A stretch of DNA of 64,000 bases from Tubulanus polymorphus (GCF_964204645.1 NC_134030.1:7669122-7733121); one strand, 5' to 3'. Numbered from the stretch's first letter, positions 28,997 through 41,925 are shown. Notes: generated by a model from the sequence alone, not told the origin. Made by a program: numbers and translations.

Positions 28997-30469
28997 TATG
29001 CAGGCCTTCAAACCCATTACCTGGCTGACCAGAGACTTGCCCACGCTGCTCTGAGTAGCTCTAACTTGGCCTTCTACTGGAAAAAAATGCTTAGACCTGG
29101 TTAGTCCGAGTCGATTGTTTCTCTAGTTTTATAACCTAAATTGGTAGACATTTTTTAACGTAATTGGTGATTATTATCACTATGAGCCCTATACCCATGA
29201 ACAGGACTATTTTAACTGCGCACATGTGCTCATATTTCTGGCGTATAAGTATCCGGCTGAAAGGTTTTAATAGATCATCTACGAATGGTAATATTCATAT
29301 AATTCAATTTTCATTAAAGGAGGTAACATAAGGTAGAGACTAACAGGTGGCTAGAAACACAGGTGCACGGTGATGAGCCATTTAATTATCTCGTATGAAT
29401 GAAAATGACAGTGTCTATTGTCCATTGTCAGTTTAGTAGATTAAAGATAGATAGTGGATAGTCGATTAAAAATTCTCTTGAGATATTGTCTCATGATGAC
29501 ATTAGTTTTCCTTAGTCAGCTTTTTCATCATTGATGTTTTGCTCTTTGCTTTTGTAATACGTATACAAGATATATTAGAAGATATTCATTTTCCTGAAGA
29601 TCAGCTTTTTGTACAGTCAAAAGGGTTATTTCTGTTAGGTGCGTAAATTCTTCTGAGAACAGCAGAACAGGTGATTTTCAGTATTTGTTATTCTATTATA
29701 ACAAGAAATGCTGATTGGATTCAATGTTCAAATTGGACATTTTCCAAAGCAACCCAAGTACTAGCATCCATTCAATATAGGAGGATGATATACCATGATT
29801 TTAACATTTGTTTAGTTACTAACATCTTCAGGTTTCATGACACTGAGGTATCTGTCACATATAGCCTTACAGAACACATGTGGTGTATAGATTTATTTTG
29901 ATACCTATCACCCGTAGGTGTGTGCATTGCGGCTATTACTCGGTGCATCCTACTTCAGTAGCCGGTGATAAATGACTATTTGCACATACCTTCGTCAAGT
30001 ATTCGCGCAGGTATTCACCGCTTCGTGTTCCGTCCACTCGAAGGCCAGCACTCGACTGTCCAGGTAGAATGATTCTCTATTGATTTCTGGACGTTGCGCT
30101 GAAGTGAAGAGATCTTGTATCCAGCGGGCCCGTCGACAGATTCGAAATGTGAAGTATATCTATATGGGCAGTTGTTGGAGCACATCTATCGTTTTTTATG
30201 AAAATCTGTCTATATGACACCAAGCTTTCAGTTACTGCCATTAAAAATGAATGTGCACTCTATTGTTACTTTTATGCTTAATGCAGATTATTCACTCTTC
30301 CCACATCAGTGCAGTGTATGACATTTTTGATAGGTGTTCAAAGATGGAAGTTTCTAAAGTATTTTGGAAGAGGAATGAGTTAATGACAACGTGGAAAGAA
30401 ATTGATTACTGGCATAAAAATATCGCGGGTAATATTTTAGAAGTATGAACAGGACACCTACATTGCTTA

Positions 30470-31044
30470 TCCATTCTAACTAGGCAGGGATTTGAACCTG
30501 ATGCCAACATGAATTACCACGGTACAAAACCCTGCCAGATTTGCCCTAGTGCGCAGGTAGGTACATAGGCAGCTTCGATAATTTCATTATCAGCCAAGCA
30601 GAAGATCATGTTTTATTTTAGCTTAGGTTATTCCATCTGTAAATTTTGCCTCAAAAATTAGGAACAGGCAATCTGATTTACTGTGGCAAACCTGCACATG
30701 TACCTGTGCATACAGTCTTGTGTGGCAGGGGTTCGTGCCATGGCTGAGTCTAGCCATGCTATCAGGTTCGAATCCCTGGCAAGAGAGGATGTGCTGCTAA
30801 TCAAGAATGTTCACTGTTAATTTTGACCTATATCTATTTCAGCTTAGGTTATTCCATCCGTGAAATTTGCCTAAGAAAGTAAAAGATGGCCAATCTGATT
30901 TACCGTGGCAAACCTGCGTATGTAGCTGTGCAGACAGTCTAGTGTGGCATGGGTTTCGAGCCGTGGCTGAGTCGAGCAACGCTTCGAATCCCTGATGAGA
31001 GAGGATGTGCTAATCAAGAATGTTCGCGGTCAATTTTGACCTAT
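30470..31044. repeat. tRNA-like (SINE-like) repeat: one inverted partial copy (~30470-30570) plus two ~220-bp tandem copies (30620-30832, 30841-31044)
   Basis: The tandem copies align end to end. They contain a B-box-like GGTTCGAATCCC preceded by an A-box-like TGGCTGAGTC. The upstream cagggatttgaacctgat and ccacggtacaaaaccctgcca are reverse-complement matches to the same core. Confidence 0.75.
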
Positions 31045-31569
31045 GGCCAACTTGAATATCGTCGTTAGTTTCTCGTCATTAATCATCGACATGTTCCACT
31101 TAGATACTACTACTGCTGCTTCATTATTTTCCGGTGTGTTTTTCTGGAAATGATGTTCCTGCTCCGCTACTGCCGTTCTTCGTTCGGCAATGTCGGTTGT
31201 CGAGTCACGTTTGTTAGCTTACGAGCGGGAATTCATTTACGGTACACACGGGATCGTTGAGTTAAGTGCAAACTCATCGTTACAAACTACCTTATATCGC
31301 GGCGGCCCGATAGTAAACGGCGATGGCTGCGTCTCACCTGAATGACAGTCAACCGGTAATTGCTCGGTACTTGAGAGCTGATTATTCAAGCGTTTTACGA
31401 GACACCGGCGGCAAACCTCATCACACGTTTGCCCGGTCTCGCAATAGTCGCTTGTCATCGGTACAGATATAAAACTACCCTTACGAAAGTATAAAGTCAC
31501 GTCTCGTTTGATTAATCATCTTCCATCAAATCTGCACCGTTTTAAATCACTGAAATATACATGAAGAAT

Positions 31570-31717
31570 GGTAGAATAGGACGAGGAGAACGGAATATAA
31601 GTCACCTGACGATGATCTCTAGTGAGAGTTCGAAACGTCATGTATTTTGATTTTAATTTGTGATGAATGAAATTCGTTTTTGATCTTTTGATCTGTATAT
31701 AGCGGGTTTTAAACTTG
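31570..31717 (+). mobile_element. Short Penelope-like/retrozyme-type element with degenerate hammerhead, 13-bp TSD
   Basis: Core cacCTGACGAtgatctctagtgagagttcGAAACGTC at 31603-31639, with an AT-rich tail homologous to the other two copies. Direct repeat atacatgaagaat at 31557-31569 and 31718-31730. Confidence 0.8.
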
Positions 31718-32889
31718 ATACATGAAGAATCTTCAATTTTGGCCAACGCATTATCGCTGGCCAAATTATTATTATTATTCACATATTGTGTAGAAAGTTG
31801 TTTTTCTGTAATGTATCGTTCGAATTATATGTTAACAATGTTTCATATTCTGAACCCTCTCTTTCGAAAAAAGCCATTACCTATTGACAAACTTATGAAT
31901 CCTGTCTTATACGCTTTCATGTAAACCGTATTCATTTCTTCTCTTCGTATCTCTTAACAGCGCAATGGCACCGGCGAGTTGGCATTCTTTCCGAGTTGGC
32001 AGCTTGATATTGTAAAAGGTGATATACTTTTCACTGGGGAAATAAACGGAGAACGAGATAGATATTATAGTCGTTCATACCTGAGCAAGTTTTCCGGCGG
32101 CGTTTAAATCGCAAATCATATTTTTGCTGCATCGCTCCGTTGGCGATGACGAACAACGGCGACTGCATCGTTTTCACGATTCAATCTTTTCCATCGGCGT
32201 TCTCTTAGACGCAGGTAATTCTCCGGCGCCGATCGCTGGGGAAATGCAATAATTGCGCGAAGGTGTTTGGCAAGGTAAAAATGCCAAACACGCCGATGAT
32301 TGATGGCCATTGTCTGCGCCCGACGGGGCTTTCATCCGACTTGAATCCGACACTCTTAAATTAATGAACAAAATGTCTGTTTAACCCTTTTAGTCGATTT
32401 AAAACGCGAGCTACACCACTGGCGACGCGAACAAAGCGCATATAGCGTGGAAGAGATGATCAAAATGGCAGGTTTGTTTCATCGCTTTTCAGAAAATGAT
32501 GTTGCGGTTTGTGAAATGAATGCGTCGCATTCAAAACTAGTGACGATCTAATTGAATTGATTTGCATTGTTATTCAATATATAATGCTAAATTGTTGTTA
32601 TGTGATGAATATGGTAATGATTTGCAAGTTATGATTATCTGTCTTAAGGGTCGGGCCCATTTCAAACACGGACTTCAAGTTTAATTAGATGGTCATTTAC
32701 AAATACTGTTAACTAAATGATCCATGTACTCTTTCCAAGATTGGCACTGTGTAATGGGACTCGATATGAAAGTAAAACCATATTTCTATAAACATTCTGG
32801 TACCGAAATATAATGTATGAAGGGAATTTTACTAATAAGTATGTGGCACTATTATGAAGTGACTTTCTAGGAAAATCATAGGTTCTCAA

Positions 32890-33376
32890 CTTCCGTAAGA
32901 CCCGTATTGGCGTACCATTTATCTGTGTGTCTGTCTTTCAGCTACTTAGCTTCGTTAATAGGTTGATCTTGATGAAACTTGGGTACAGTGTTCACAGTGA
33001 AAAGAATGGGTTCAATGTGCCACCTAGCGGCGGAACTTAACACTAAAAACAGTGACAGTTTTTCAGTGACATGACCTTGAAGATGACCTCATAATTGAAA
33101 AATGGGGTCAAAATTAAAAAAGGTACAACATATCCAAAATGCAATGGGAACTAATGCATGGTAATTTTGGAGTTCGAGTCTGAGCCCGAGAATCGTTTTT
33201 GCCTTGTTAGAATTCGACATATCATGCAATAAAGAAGGGTTCATATTTGACAATATATTGATAGTACAATGTTCTTCATATTCAATATTGTAACAAAACA
33301 AAATGCGCAGATACACGAACATAGCTCTTGGTGCAATGATGAATTTGCAGACACCGGTTTTTATCACCGGTATAGT
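32890..33376 (+). mobile_element. Possible Helitron/Helentron-associated non-autonomous repeat
   Basis: Has a tctgtgtgtctgtct microsatellite seed, gatcttgatgaaacttgg and tgacctt motifs, and a 3' accggt-tttatc-accggt hairpin followed by atagt. Single copy in the window, so this rests on resemblance to DINE-1-like architecture only. Confidence 0.4.
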
Positions 33377-34749
33377 ACAATAAAGTATGTTTAAATGAAC
33401 ATTCTCGTCTGCGACTGACTGCCGAGTCGTACCAGGTAACGCGCAACGTTAACATGCTTCGCCCTGGGAAATAACGCGCGATTTCCGGCGTTTAAACACT
33501 TTCAATTAAGGTGTTACTAAGGTAGACTCGGTGGTAGCGTTCGGTTGATTGATGGACTCGCCGCCCGAGAGACACGTCGAGCCGTTAGATTATTATTAAC
33601 AAACGAAAGAACGCTTTGCGCGCATCGCGACTAGGCTGCCGATTCTGAGCGATTGTTTTACGCTGGTTTTCTGGTGTAAAATGTGAATGATGGCCACCAC
33701 TCAGCGGGCATTCTTTTTTGTGTGTGCGCGAAATATTGATGCTTTCTGGTCGGTACGATACCCATAGAAAATTGTAGAATAGCTAAGATATAGGTGTGAT
33801 TGTACTTAATTTTGAGGTACCAGAGTAAAAAGGGGATGTGCATTTTATTTTGATAAGTAGATTTGATTTGATATCTAAGACTTATTACTATTTGATACTT
33901 ATTGCGGATACCAGAGCTACCATTAAGGTAATAGTCCAGTACAGGTATTATCTGAGCTATTGTAAACCACCCCCTCCCTGTGGGTTACAGTTAAAACCGC
34001 TTCAATCAGAATCGATTTGTACTTTCCAGGGTAATTTAGGAATCTTGTACATTTTGAAGAATCCTTATAAGTTTTCTACCGGTAGAATCCAATCATTAGT
34101 AGACAATAAGCATGCGAATAAATTACCTCGGCTCGGCGTGCGAGATATGAAAAATTTGCCGAGTCGCGCAGATTTTCTTATTAATAAACGATAAAAAACG
34201 TCGCTAATAACGCAGGGAAGATGAATGGCGATATTCATAACTCACCGGCAGATGGTAATTATAAGGTAAACCGCTCCGGCACACTGGCGGAGCATCGATG
34301 CATAAATCACGGGACTTAGGTGTAAAAACACGCCGCTCTCCGGGACGTCGGAGATGAAAGAAAAAAATATGAAACGAAAAAATCGTCGCGCCGACGAATT
34401 ACCACGAAATTACAACGTAGCCCGGCATCTTAAGTGATTTATAATGAACGCTAGGTTAACCGAAGCTCGCAGGTATACCGCAGTCGAAACAAAGCAAAAA
34501 CGTCGCATCGGGGCCACCAATTATCGACGACGACGTTTAGCCTAATCGATGTTGTTTTTGTTGTCACGACTTCAAAGATGACGTCGCAATTAAAGTGGCA
34601 TTAAAGTTTCCGAGTGAAAATTCCCCAGTTGGAATCGCTGGTAGGAGTTGCCGGGTTCTTAATATAATCGAATAGGTCAGGAAAATAGAGGTAACCGTTT
34701 TAGTTATGCCTCACCATTAGTAAGACAATATATCCGTGTTGTGACAATG

Positions 34750-35009
34750 ATATAAAGAGAATCCCACCATGATAACGAAAAATGAAGTCCGAAAATGTTT
34801 CCTTGAGCTAGGGTTTATTCAATGTTTCGGCTATATCCTGATAATCATCTTCAGGAATATGGTGAGTAGTAGTTATTCCTTAAGATGACTATAAGTAAGT
34901 ATTCCTGAAGATGAGATGGGATCTAGTCGAAAAGTTGAATAAACCATAACTAAGCTCAAGGAAACATTTCCGGACATCATTTTTCGTTATTGTGGGATTC
35001 TCTTTATAT
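34750..35009. mobile_element. Palindromic MITE/foldback (~110-bp arms)
   Basis: atataaagagaatcccac...aaatgtttccttgagct pairs with agctcaaggaaacattt...gtgggattctctttatat, and tcatcttcaggaata pairs with tattcctgaagatga. A short related fragment lies at ~22484-22503. Confidence 0.92.
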
Positions 35010-36861
35010 TTTAATTTTGCCAGTCTTAAACACAATGAACGTCGAGGCATTGTGTCAGGTGATGATGACTTGAATATTTGGCAGATTTTATGGAGACAGA
35101 TGTGCATGTATGCTTCTTCTGTTTCAATAACTTGTTATGCCTGGCTCATAGGGGAGAAGTGTAATAGGCAGTGAGAATTTTCCTTTTGAATAAAGATAAT
35201 GTTTCTCAAGAAAAGCAAACGATTTCTCAATAATGCTATTTGCAACAAAAACTTATAACTTAATTGTTTTTGTTATTGACTCCAATTTTTCAGAAGTTAT
35301 TTTAATAGTGATATGCTGAATTTTCATCAATATTTCATATAATCAGAGGGAGCTGACCAACATTTTGCGCCATTAGTCCAAACCTATTCAACGTGGTTGG
35401 TTCGAACTCGTCCGGTATCTGGTTCATAACGAACGTCTAAAGAATCATAAAAGTAAAAGGAATCGGTGTAACGGAAAATGATTTCGAACTTTTTATCAGC
35501 ACCTATTGTTACAACCGGCGATGCTATTGTTACGCGTTCGCGGGTAGAAGATGCCGGCGTGTGGCAAAGTGTGGCGAAGTTTAAAGAGCCGACGACACCC
35601 ACCCGACCATCCGACTACAACGCGCAGTTGCCGCGTCGTCAAATGGTACGCCCTCCGTTCCATTGTTAACCCGTTTGACCCGAAGCACTTCTCCAGTTGA
35701 AGATTTGTTATCGCCGGAGAACAATGGCCACCACCGGTAGTTCACTCTCGCCAGTCCGTTGCTATATACGCCAATACTGGCAATACGCCTAATTAGGTAG
35801 CTTTTCACGGCCCACTTGATGTTTTATTTTAAAGTTAGCCATTGTTATCTTAACTCTGAAGGCAGTCAATTGACGGTGGCCCGAATTATATGCATACTAG
35901 TGAATAGCCAACGATATGATGAGCGATTTTCGAATTTCTACATGATCGTCAGAGGCATCTTTCCTCATAGCCGAACTTATATATTGTTTTTGTGTGTCTT
36001 ATCTTGTCAGTTTGCAAAATATTCCACACAGCACTCGGAGCCAATGCTAGAGAGGGTGGGCCTAGTTTTGTCAATTGTGGCAATTTGTTTCTGGTTTCTT
36101 ATAGGTAATTGTTCGATCACCTTTGATCACAGTATCTAGCAGAAATGATGTTGGTTGTAAAGTTGAAATTGATTAAGTCTTATCACAAATCTTTATCTCA
36201 ATCATGTCCGGCCTGTTAGGCCTAAATTCTATTAGTTTATACCTTTTCAGTTCGAGGCCAGATTTTTGTCAAGTGTGTCGCTAGTTATGATGGAATTTCA
36301 GATCATGTCCGCACAACAATCAATTCGAATTAGTCGAAATGCCCAGCGGTGGTTATTTGGGAGATGATGTCAGGTAACTAGACACTCGGAGGGTTTTGTC
36401 GGTATGTTTGGTATGTGCGATGGTAATACCGGCCTGCAGGCTTTACGTACCGTATCGGAGACGCGCACGGCGGATAGTTAAGCTACCGTTGTAGTCGTCT
36501 CGTACACGGTGGTACGTATGAGGGGATCAAGTCACTTGTGTTTACCGTCGATGCGCACCTTGGTCGTTCTCACGTCGTATTAGCGAGATTCCTGGCGATG
36601 CCGACCCTTTCGACGACGACGACTACGACGGTTTAATCTGCTTGTGTCATCGTCGAGCAGGCTCACGGAAGACAATGCGGATAAATAACATGTCTCCCAT
36701 CTGTCAGATTAGGTTTGACGCCCAATTTCTACCTTTTCGCCGACATATTGCGGACTGATCTTCGCCGTAATTTGTGGAGAAGTTTGTCATAAGAATCATC
36801 ATTTTCTGCATTGTTTCCAAACTGTGGTTTTATCTAGTTAGATTTACTGTAGTCAACTTAA

Positions 36862-37020
36862 AGCCCGACGCACATGACACAGGGCAAAATAAGTAACAAG
36901 GTGTCAAGCAGTTTTGATCTCAGAAATCATGCTTCTTGAGAATGCACGCTACGCCCAATATGCTTGGCAACATTTTTCTGTCTCTTGTTTCTGTCTCCCT
37001 CAGTCGTGCGCATTGGGCGT
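36862..37020. mobile_element. MITE family B with TAA TSD
   Basis: Structure is TAA|AGCCCGACGCACATGACACAGGG ... CCCTCAGTCGTGCGCATTGGGCGT|TAA. Confidence 0.8.
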
Positions 37021-37588
37021 TAAACACACTGGTTCACTTATTTACACTCAGATGCCTAAAGCTGGATGGTTAACTTTTATTGAAAATAGGATGGACCAAT
37101 TTTGACCGTACCGGATATGGTTGGGTTGTGTGACCACAGATTTCTCGACAAATGTTTTGCTTGAAGTATCATGAATGTTGACATAATGGGATATTTTCTG
37201 TATTCCAGCGGTCAAGCAAAACTAACGTTTTCGTGAGTTTACGACCACTGTTTTCGTTCCGATGATTGTTTTCCTGGTGAAATTAGCTGGAAACATGTAC
37301 AACTTTGGTCGGAATTCCTCGCGACAATTGTAACGTCGTTACGAGGGTTTTTTGGGGATGGTTGTCTAATCGCGTTCGCTGATTTCGGATGAATTTGTTG
37401 GTAAATTTGGCGAATGTGTCATGGCCGGACATAGATTAGTGATGGGTGAAATTTATGAGTTATGGAGATTATCAGGGTTTTTTGAAGATAACCGCTTTAA
37501 TGACCAAATATAGGAAAAGGGCTCGATTTTTATAAAACTTTGACCCTTTGGTTAACTATAGATAAATTAACTCATAGTTAAATAAACT

Positions 37589-37692
37589 GCAGGGACTCAG
37601 TTCCACAGTTGTGGGTTAGTTAACTCTGAGTTAAAGTTAGTTCATTTTCAATGAGTTAACTCAGAGTCAAATCTTAACTCAGAACTGCAGGT
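37589..37692. mobile_element. Degenerate palindromic MITE (family E-related)
   Basis: Internal inverted repeat gttaactctgagttaa / ttaactcagagtcaa, and the start cagggactcagttccaca resembles the 45618 terminus. Confidence 0.55.
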
Positions 37693-38927
37693 CAAGTGTA
37701 AACCATTCTATGTTTGGTACGCTTTTCGCCTTTTTTCAAGAATGTAAATGAGGTTTTTGCTGGTGGTGCAAATAACGTCTAGCCGGCCGAGAAGATGTAT
37801 AGTCTGCAGCTCGTCAGAGATAATATCAGTACCTGAGCAAACTGAAAAGATTTCTCGTTTTTCGCGCTGATCAGGTATGCCGTGTGAGTAGGCGCAGTTC
37901 AATCGCGTCGACTTAACTGTTAAATAAACGCATGAAAGCGCGATTTGAAAGCGCTTACCGTCGCGAAATAAACCATCGACGCGGGCGTACAATCTGCGTA
38001 AAGATGGCCGTGCGGAGATAGCGTAGGTAGGATCGCATTAATGTTCGACAATAAACTCTCGAACGGTCCCCGGTGAATACCTACCGTCGACCGGCGACAG
38101 AATTGATGGATGCTTTGAGAGTGAAACGGCGCGGCGTTTTAAAGTCGGGCCGAGGCGAAGAAAGAAATCGTGAAATTAAAGACGGTCGCGATTGACATCT
38201 CATGGAAGTTTTATGCGTGCGTTTCGACGAGTAATAGCTTTCCATAAAAAGACATTAGACTCTCTTGGTTTATCGACTGCGTGTAGGTAGTATAAATATA
38301 CTGAACGAATATCACTTTTCTCTAGTCTTGTTAATTACCATATGGTCACTCGATTGATTCGAAGGTCGTTGTATTTTTTTTTCAAAAGAAAGAAATTTTA
38401 ACCTTATGTGGCATTTTGGATTCTTCCGACTTGTGCCCCATTAGAAAATAGTTATTTACTATATAATAATTCATTGCATAGGTAGACACTGTAACATATT
38501 CCAGATTTTTGGAATTTGACCAGGATGATGTATAATTCATATGATATAAGAATGCTGTAAACGTATCAGAAACTTTTATCGCTTACGGATGTGTTTTGAC
38601 ATTTGTCTATTGTCTATTCGGAATATGAAGGATCTATTGATGATTCATAGGTTCAAAATATCAAGGTACGAAATCTATAAATGACTAGAATACCGCAGAT
38701 AATATCAGTAACGACAATAAATCAGTTTTATTTCTCTTGCAAACCACCATTTTTCTCGGGTTACTGGTTTATCACTTCAGTTCTAAAGTTTTCACACAAA
38801 TATTTATTCTAAGGTCCATAGTTCATGTTCTCCTGTGAACGAAAAATGAGTAAATGGGTTTAAGTCGTGAATTGTCTATATGGTTTTATAGAATAAGAAA
38901 ATTTGTGAAATCATCCTGACGTAATAC

Positions 38928-39212
38928 CAGGCCCGTAGGCAGGATTTAGTGGGGATTATTTGATATAAAGAGCGCTTTCTGGTTCCATCTTATGCATGTA
39001 AACTGCCCTTTTGCATCAATGAAAGTGCCCTTACTGTGTCCATGTGTATGTAGAAGTGCCCTTACTTGGAAAGTGCCCAAGGTAAAGAAGTAGAGGAGTA
39101 TGAATAAAATAAGTACATCTCAGAAAAAGGGCACTATCTGCCAAATGGGGGGGGGGGGTGGTTATGAAATATGAAATATAACCCCAGTACCCCCCTCTGC
39201 CTACGGGGCCTG
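38928..39212. mobile_element. TIR MITE with 5-bp flanking direct repeat
   Basis: Structure is aatac|CAGGCCCGTAGGCAG ... CTGCCTACGGGGCCTG|aatac, with repeated internal aagtgccc motifs and a poly-G tract. Confidence 0.88.
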
Positions 39213-39381
39213 AATACCGTCATTCGCAAAGGGCAATAGAAAATGAAAGGTGTCGAACCTCTTCAATAGGTTGGGTACAAGAGCAGATTGATTACCTGAG
39301 TAATTACTCGAACCACAGAGCTCTCGAACACCTACCGCCATGTACTAATCCTAACTAGAAGCTGAAAATTCATAAAAGATT

Positions 39382-39590
39382 ATAAGATAAAATCCCACTA
39401 TTTACAGATTAAAAGAATTTAAAAACCAGAATTTATTTATTCAATCAAAAATATATAAAAGACACGACGTTTCGATCTCACCCTAGAGATCATCGTCAGG
39501 TGTGAGATTAAGATTAAAAACAGGGGTACATATACAGAAGAGGACAGGTTAATTGAGTAAATTTGAATAAAATTGAGTAAATTGATTTCT
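39382..39590 (-). mobile_element. Short Penelope-like/retrozyme-type element, 13-bp TSD
   Basis: The reverse complement of 39382-39502 is near-identical to 57123-57243. Direct repeat ttcataaaagatt at 39369-39381 and 39591-39603. Confidence 0.88.
39462..39503 (-). ncRNA. Minimal type-I hammerhead ribozyme motif (PLE-type)
   Basis: Minus strand reads ACAC-CUGACGA-U-GAUCUC-uagggu-GAGAUC-GAA-ACGU-C-GUGU. This gives stem I ACAC/GUGU, a 6-bp stem II, a palindromic ACGU stem III and a GUC cleavage triplet. Confidence 0.85.
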
Positions 39591-40957
39591 TTCATAAAAG
39601 ATTCTATATGTTACATCGGATGTATGCGCACGTCGTAGTTAATTGGTTCTTCTGCCGTACCCAATAGCGTCTTCGTCTTCGATAAAATTGTGCCCGAAAT
39701 TGAGAAGACAAATTTCTAGATATTCTATTATAGATATACGGCATGAATAATTGACCGGGTCGGACCTTCGCGCAGTCGTCGGTCTACGAAGATAAATTGG
39801 AATTGTCGCCCGGCGAACTAATAGACCAGACAAAATATGACGGACGATAAACTATATCGAATTATACCTGCTATCCTCGTCACTCGAAACAAAGGCTTTT
39901 TATTGAAAAGAGAAAAAATATTTCTCAAAATTGATCATTGTCATTTGGTAATGTTATTAAGGTTATTAATATCATTATTATTATTAATGTTATTAAATTT
40001 TTTTTTCTTTCATTATTTCATCGCTTGATTTAGAATATTCAAATCACCGTGAAACACTGTATTCATAATACGAAAATGAAATGAAAATCACTCAGGATTA
40101 AGAATCACAGATCTTAGTTGTTTAGATACGCGCAGATAAGTTCAGAGGTCGCCACATTACTTATGTTGATATTCTATGGACTAACAAGAGATATATATAT
40201 ATATTAAAAAACCTTACAGAACTAGTACTGAGCGTATTAGTGAAATTTCAGTATCTGACTGCCTTAAACTCGAATCAAATTTTCATATCTAAATACATGT
40301 GTAATTTGTTTTCCGTTATTCCCCTGATGCGGCCATGAATAATGAAAGTTCCGCTTTTATATAACTGCACTTAGCTTATGGCACGTAAACGACGATGAAA
40401 ATAGGTTTGATTTCAACTGCGACGTTGAAATCAGATTATAATTCAAAATGGATCGCTTCGAAACTGCTGTTTTTGCACGGGGTTCAGCCATCAACTCGGT
40501 TATTATATTCTTATCAATGATGACATTTCTCGTCGTGGGTACGAAAGAGGCATTCGCGGTGTGGGTGATGGCTCACGTTTTTTCCTCGGAGCAGCAGCAG
40601 CAACGCGTAGTAGGATGATGACCCGACACTACGAGTACCCGCAGCACCTTACTGCCGCGTACGCCAAAGTCCCAAGTGGGTTGACACTAAATCCACGTTG
40701 TTGAGGGCTGATTCATCCGGCGCATGATAATTCTGAAACCAAATATTGTCGGCACTTTACGCACCCGCACTGCTGCATAATATTAATCAGGATGACAAAA
40801 TTAAAAACGGTTACTGAGTATTTCCGAGGAAGGCAGGTATTCGGTATCATCAACAATGTCAAGAGTTCACTGTTTACCACTACTCTTAACATCCTGATGA
40901 CTTGTCATTGCATTTAACCCTTTATGCCATTGAGAGGTGTTTTAAAGTCACTACAAT

Positions 40958-40975
40958 GGGGGGGGGGGGGGGGGG
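40958..40975. repeat. Poly-G tract
   Basis: Uninterrupted G run, with another at ~39146-39158. Confidence 0.95.
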
Positions 40976-41925
40976 TTGTGTGTTACAGTTTTGCTGCGGA
41001 TGATAAAGCAGAGGGAACTTCTGGAATTGGTTCTGTTGACTCCCAAGAATGTAGGGTTATTGGTCTTTTTGTCGGTTTTCATTTCAACCATGGTTTTTTG
41101 TTGGGATCTTTGTCGTGGTACCCCTTGGGTTGCGCTGTTGAGTCCTTGAGTCCAGTACAAAATTCATAAGTGGATTTTGTCGAAAGAGCAAACAATATAT
41201 GAAGACCATATACAGTGAGCTCGTCTAGGCCCTTGATAAAAGAACGACACATTTTCTTGCGTAATACAGGCTGTCTGTATCAAATATCTGGAGCATCGCT
41301 GGAAGATATATTTTATGCTTGTTAATTAAGCGAGGAAACATGAAGGACGACGGAGGTGTAACTGTTCATCCCGAGATCATCATTAGTCCGAAATTAACGT
41401 TGTCCCTAATCCGAGTGTTAGCCAGTTACGGAGCACTGATGGATTCTGTATCACCTCTAGACTGTATACTCGGACTGCGCTGGTTAATGATAACCGCAAC
41501 TCCTGGCTGTCCATAATGTCACATTATATGTTACACTCTGTTCTCATGGCGTGTAATTGATAAAGTTTGTGATGTTCGCAGTCGTCGGTCATCTGAAAAT
41601 AGGCAATGCGCAAACCTGTAAATGAAGACGATGTTCTTTCGCTGACCGATTGGTGTCTTCTGTCTACTTGAAAGGATTCTTCTACGCCTGTCCTCTTTAC
41701 GTAGTCAGGTTATTCTCGTTTGAAGTGATACTCTCAAGAATTCAAACGTACGTTTGGTAGTAGATTTGTGTAGAAACTGAGTGCAACGCGTTTAGATTTC
41801 ACCTCTTCACTAACGGCTAGTCATTCATACAAGCTAAAACATGATCAATAATGTTAGATTTTATTTGAACCTTTGTTTTTATTTTAACCTTTGTTTGACT
41901 CGAATACTTGTAGACTCTTCAATGG

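Noticed and set aside
30720-30790. Functional tRNA gene
   Set aside because: It has a B-box-like T-loop, but I could not build a cloverleaf with acceptor and anticodon stems.
30992-31020. CTGATGA hammerhead core in the tRNA-like repeat
   Set aside because: There is no stem II or GAAA downstream, and the motif is absent from the sister copy.
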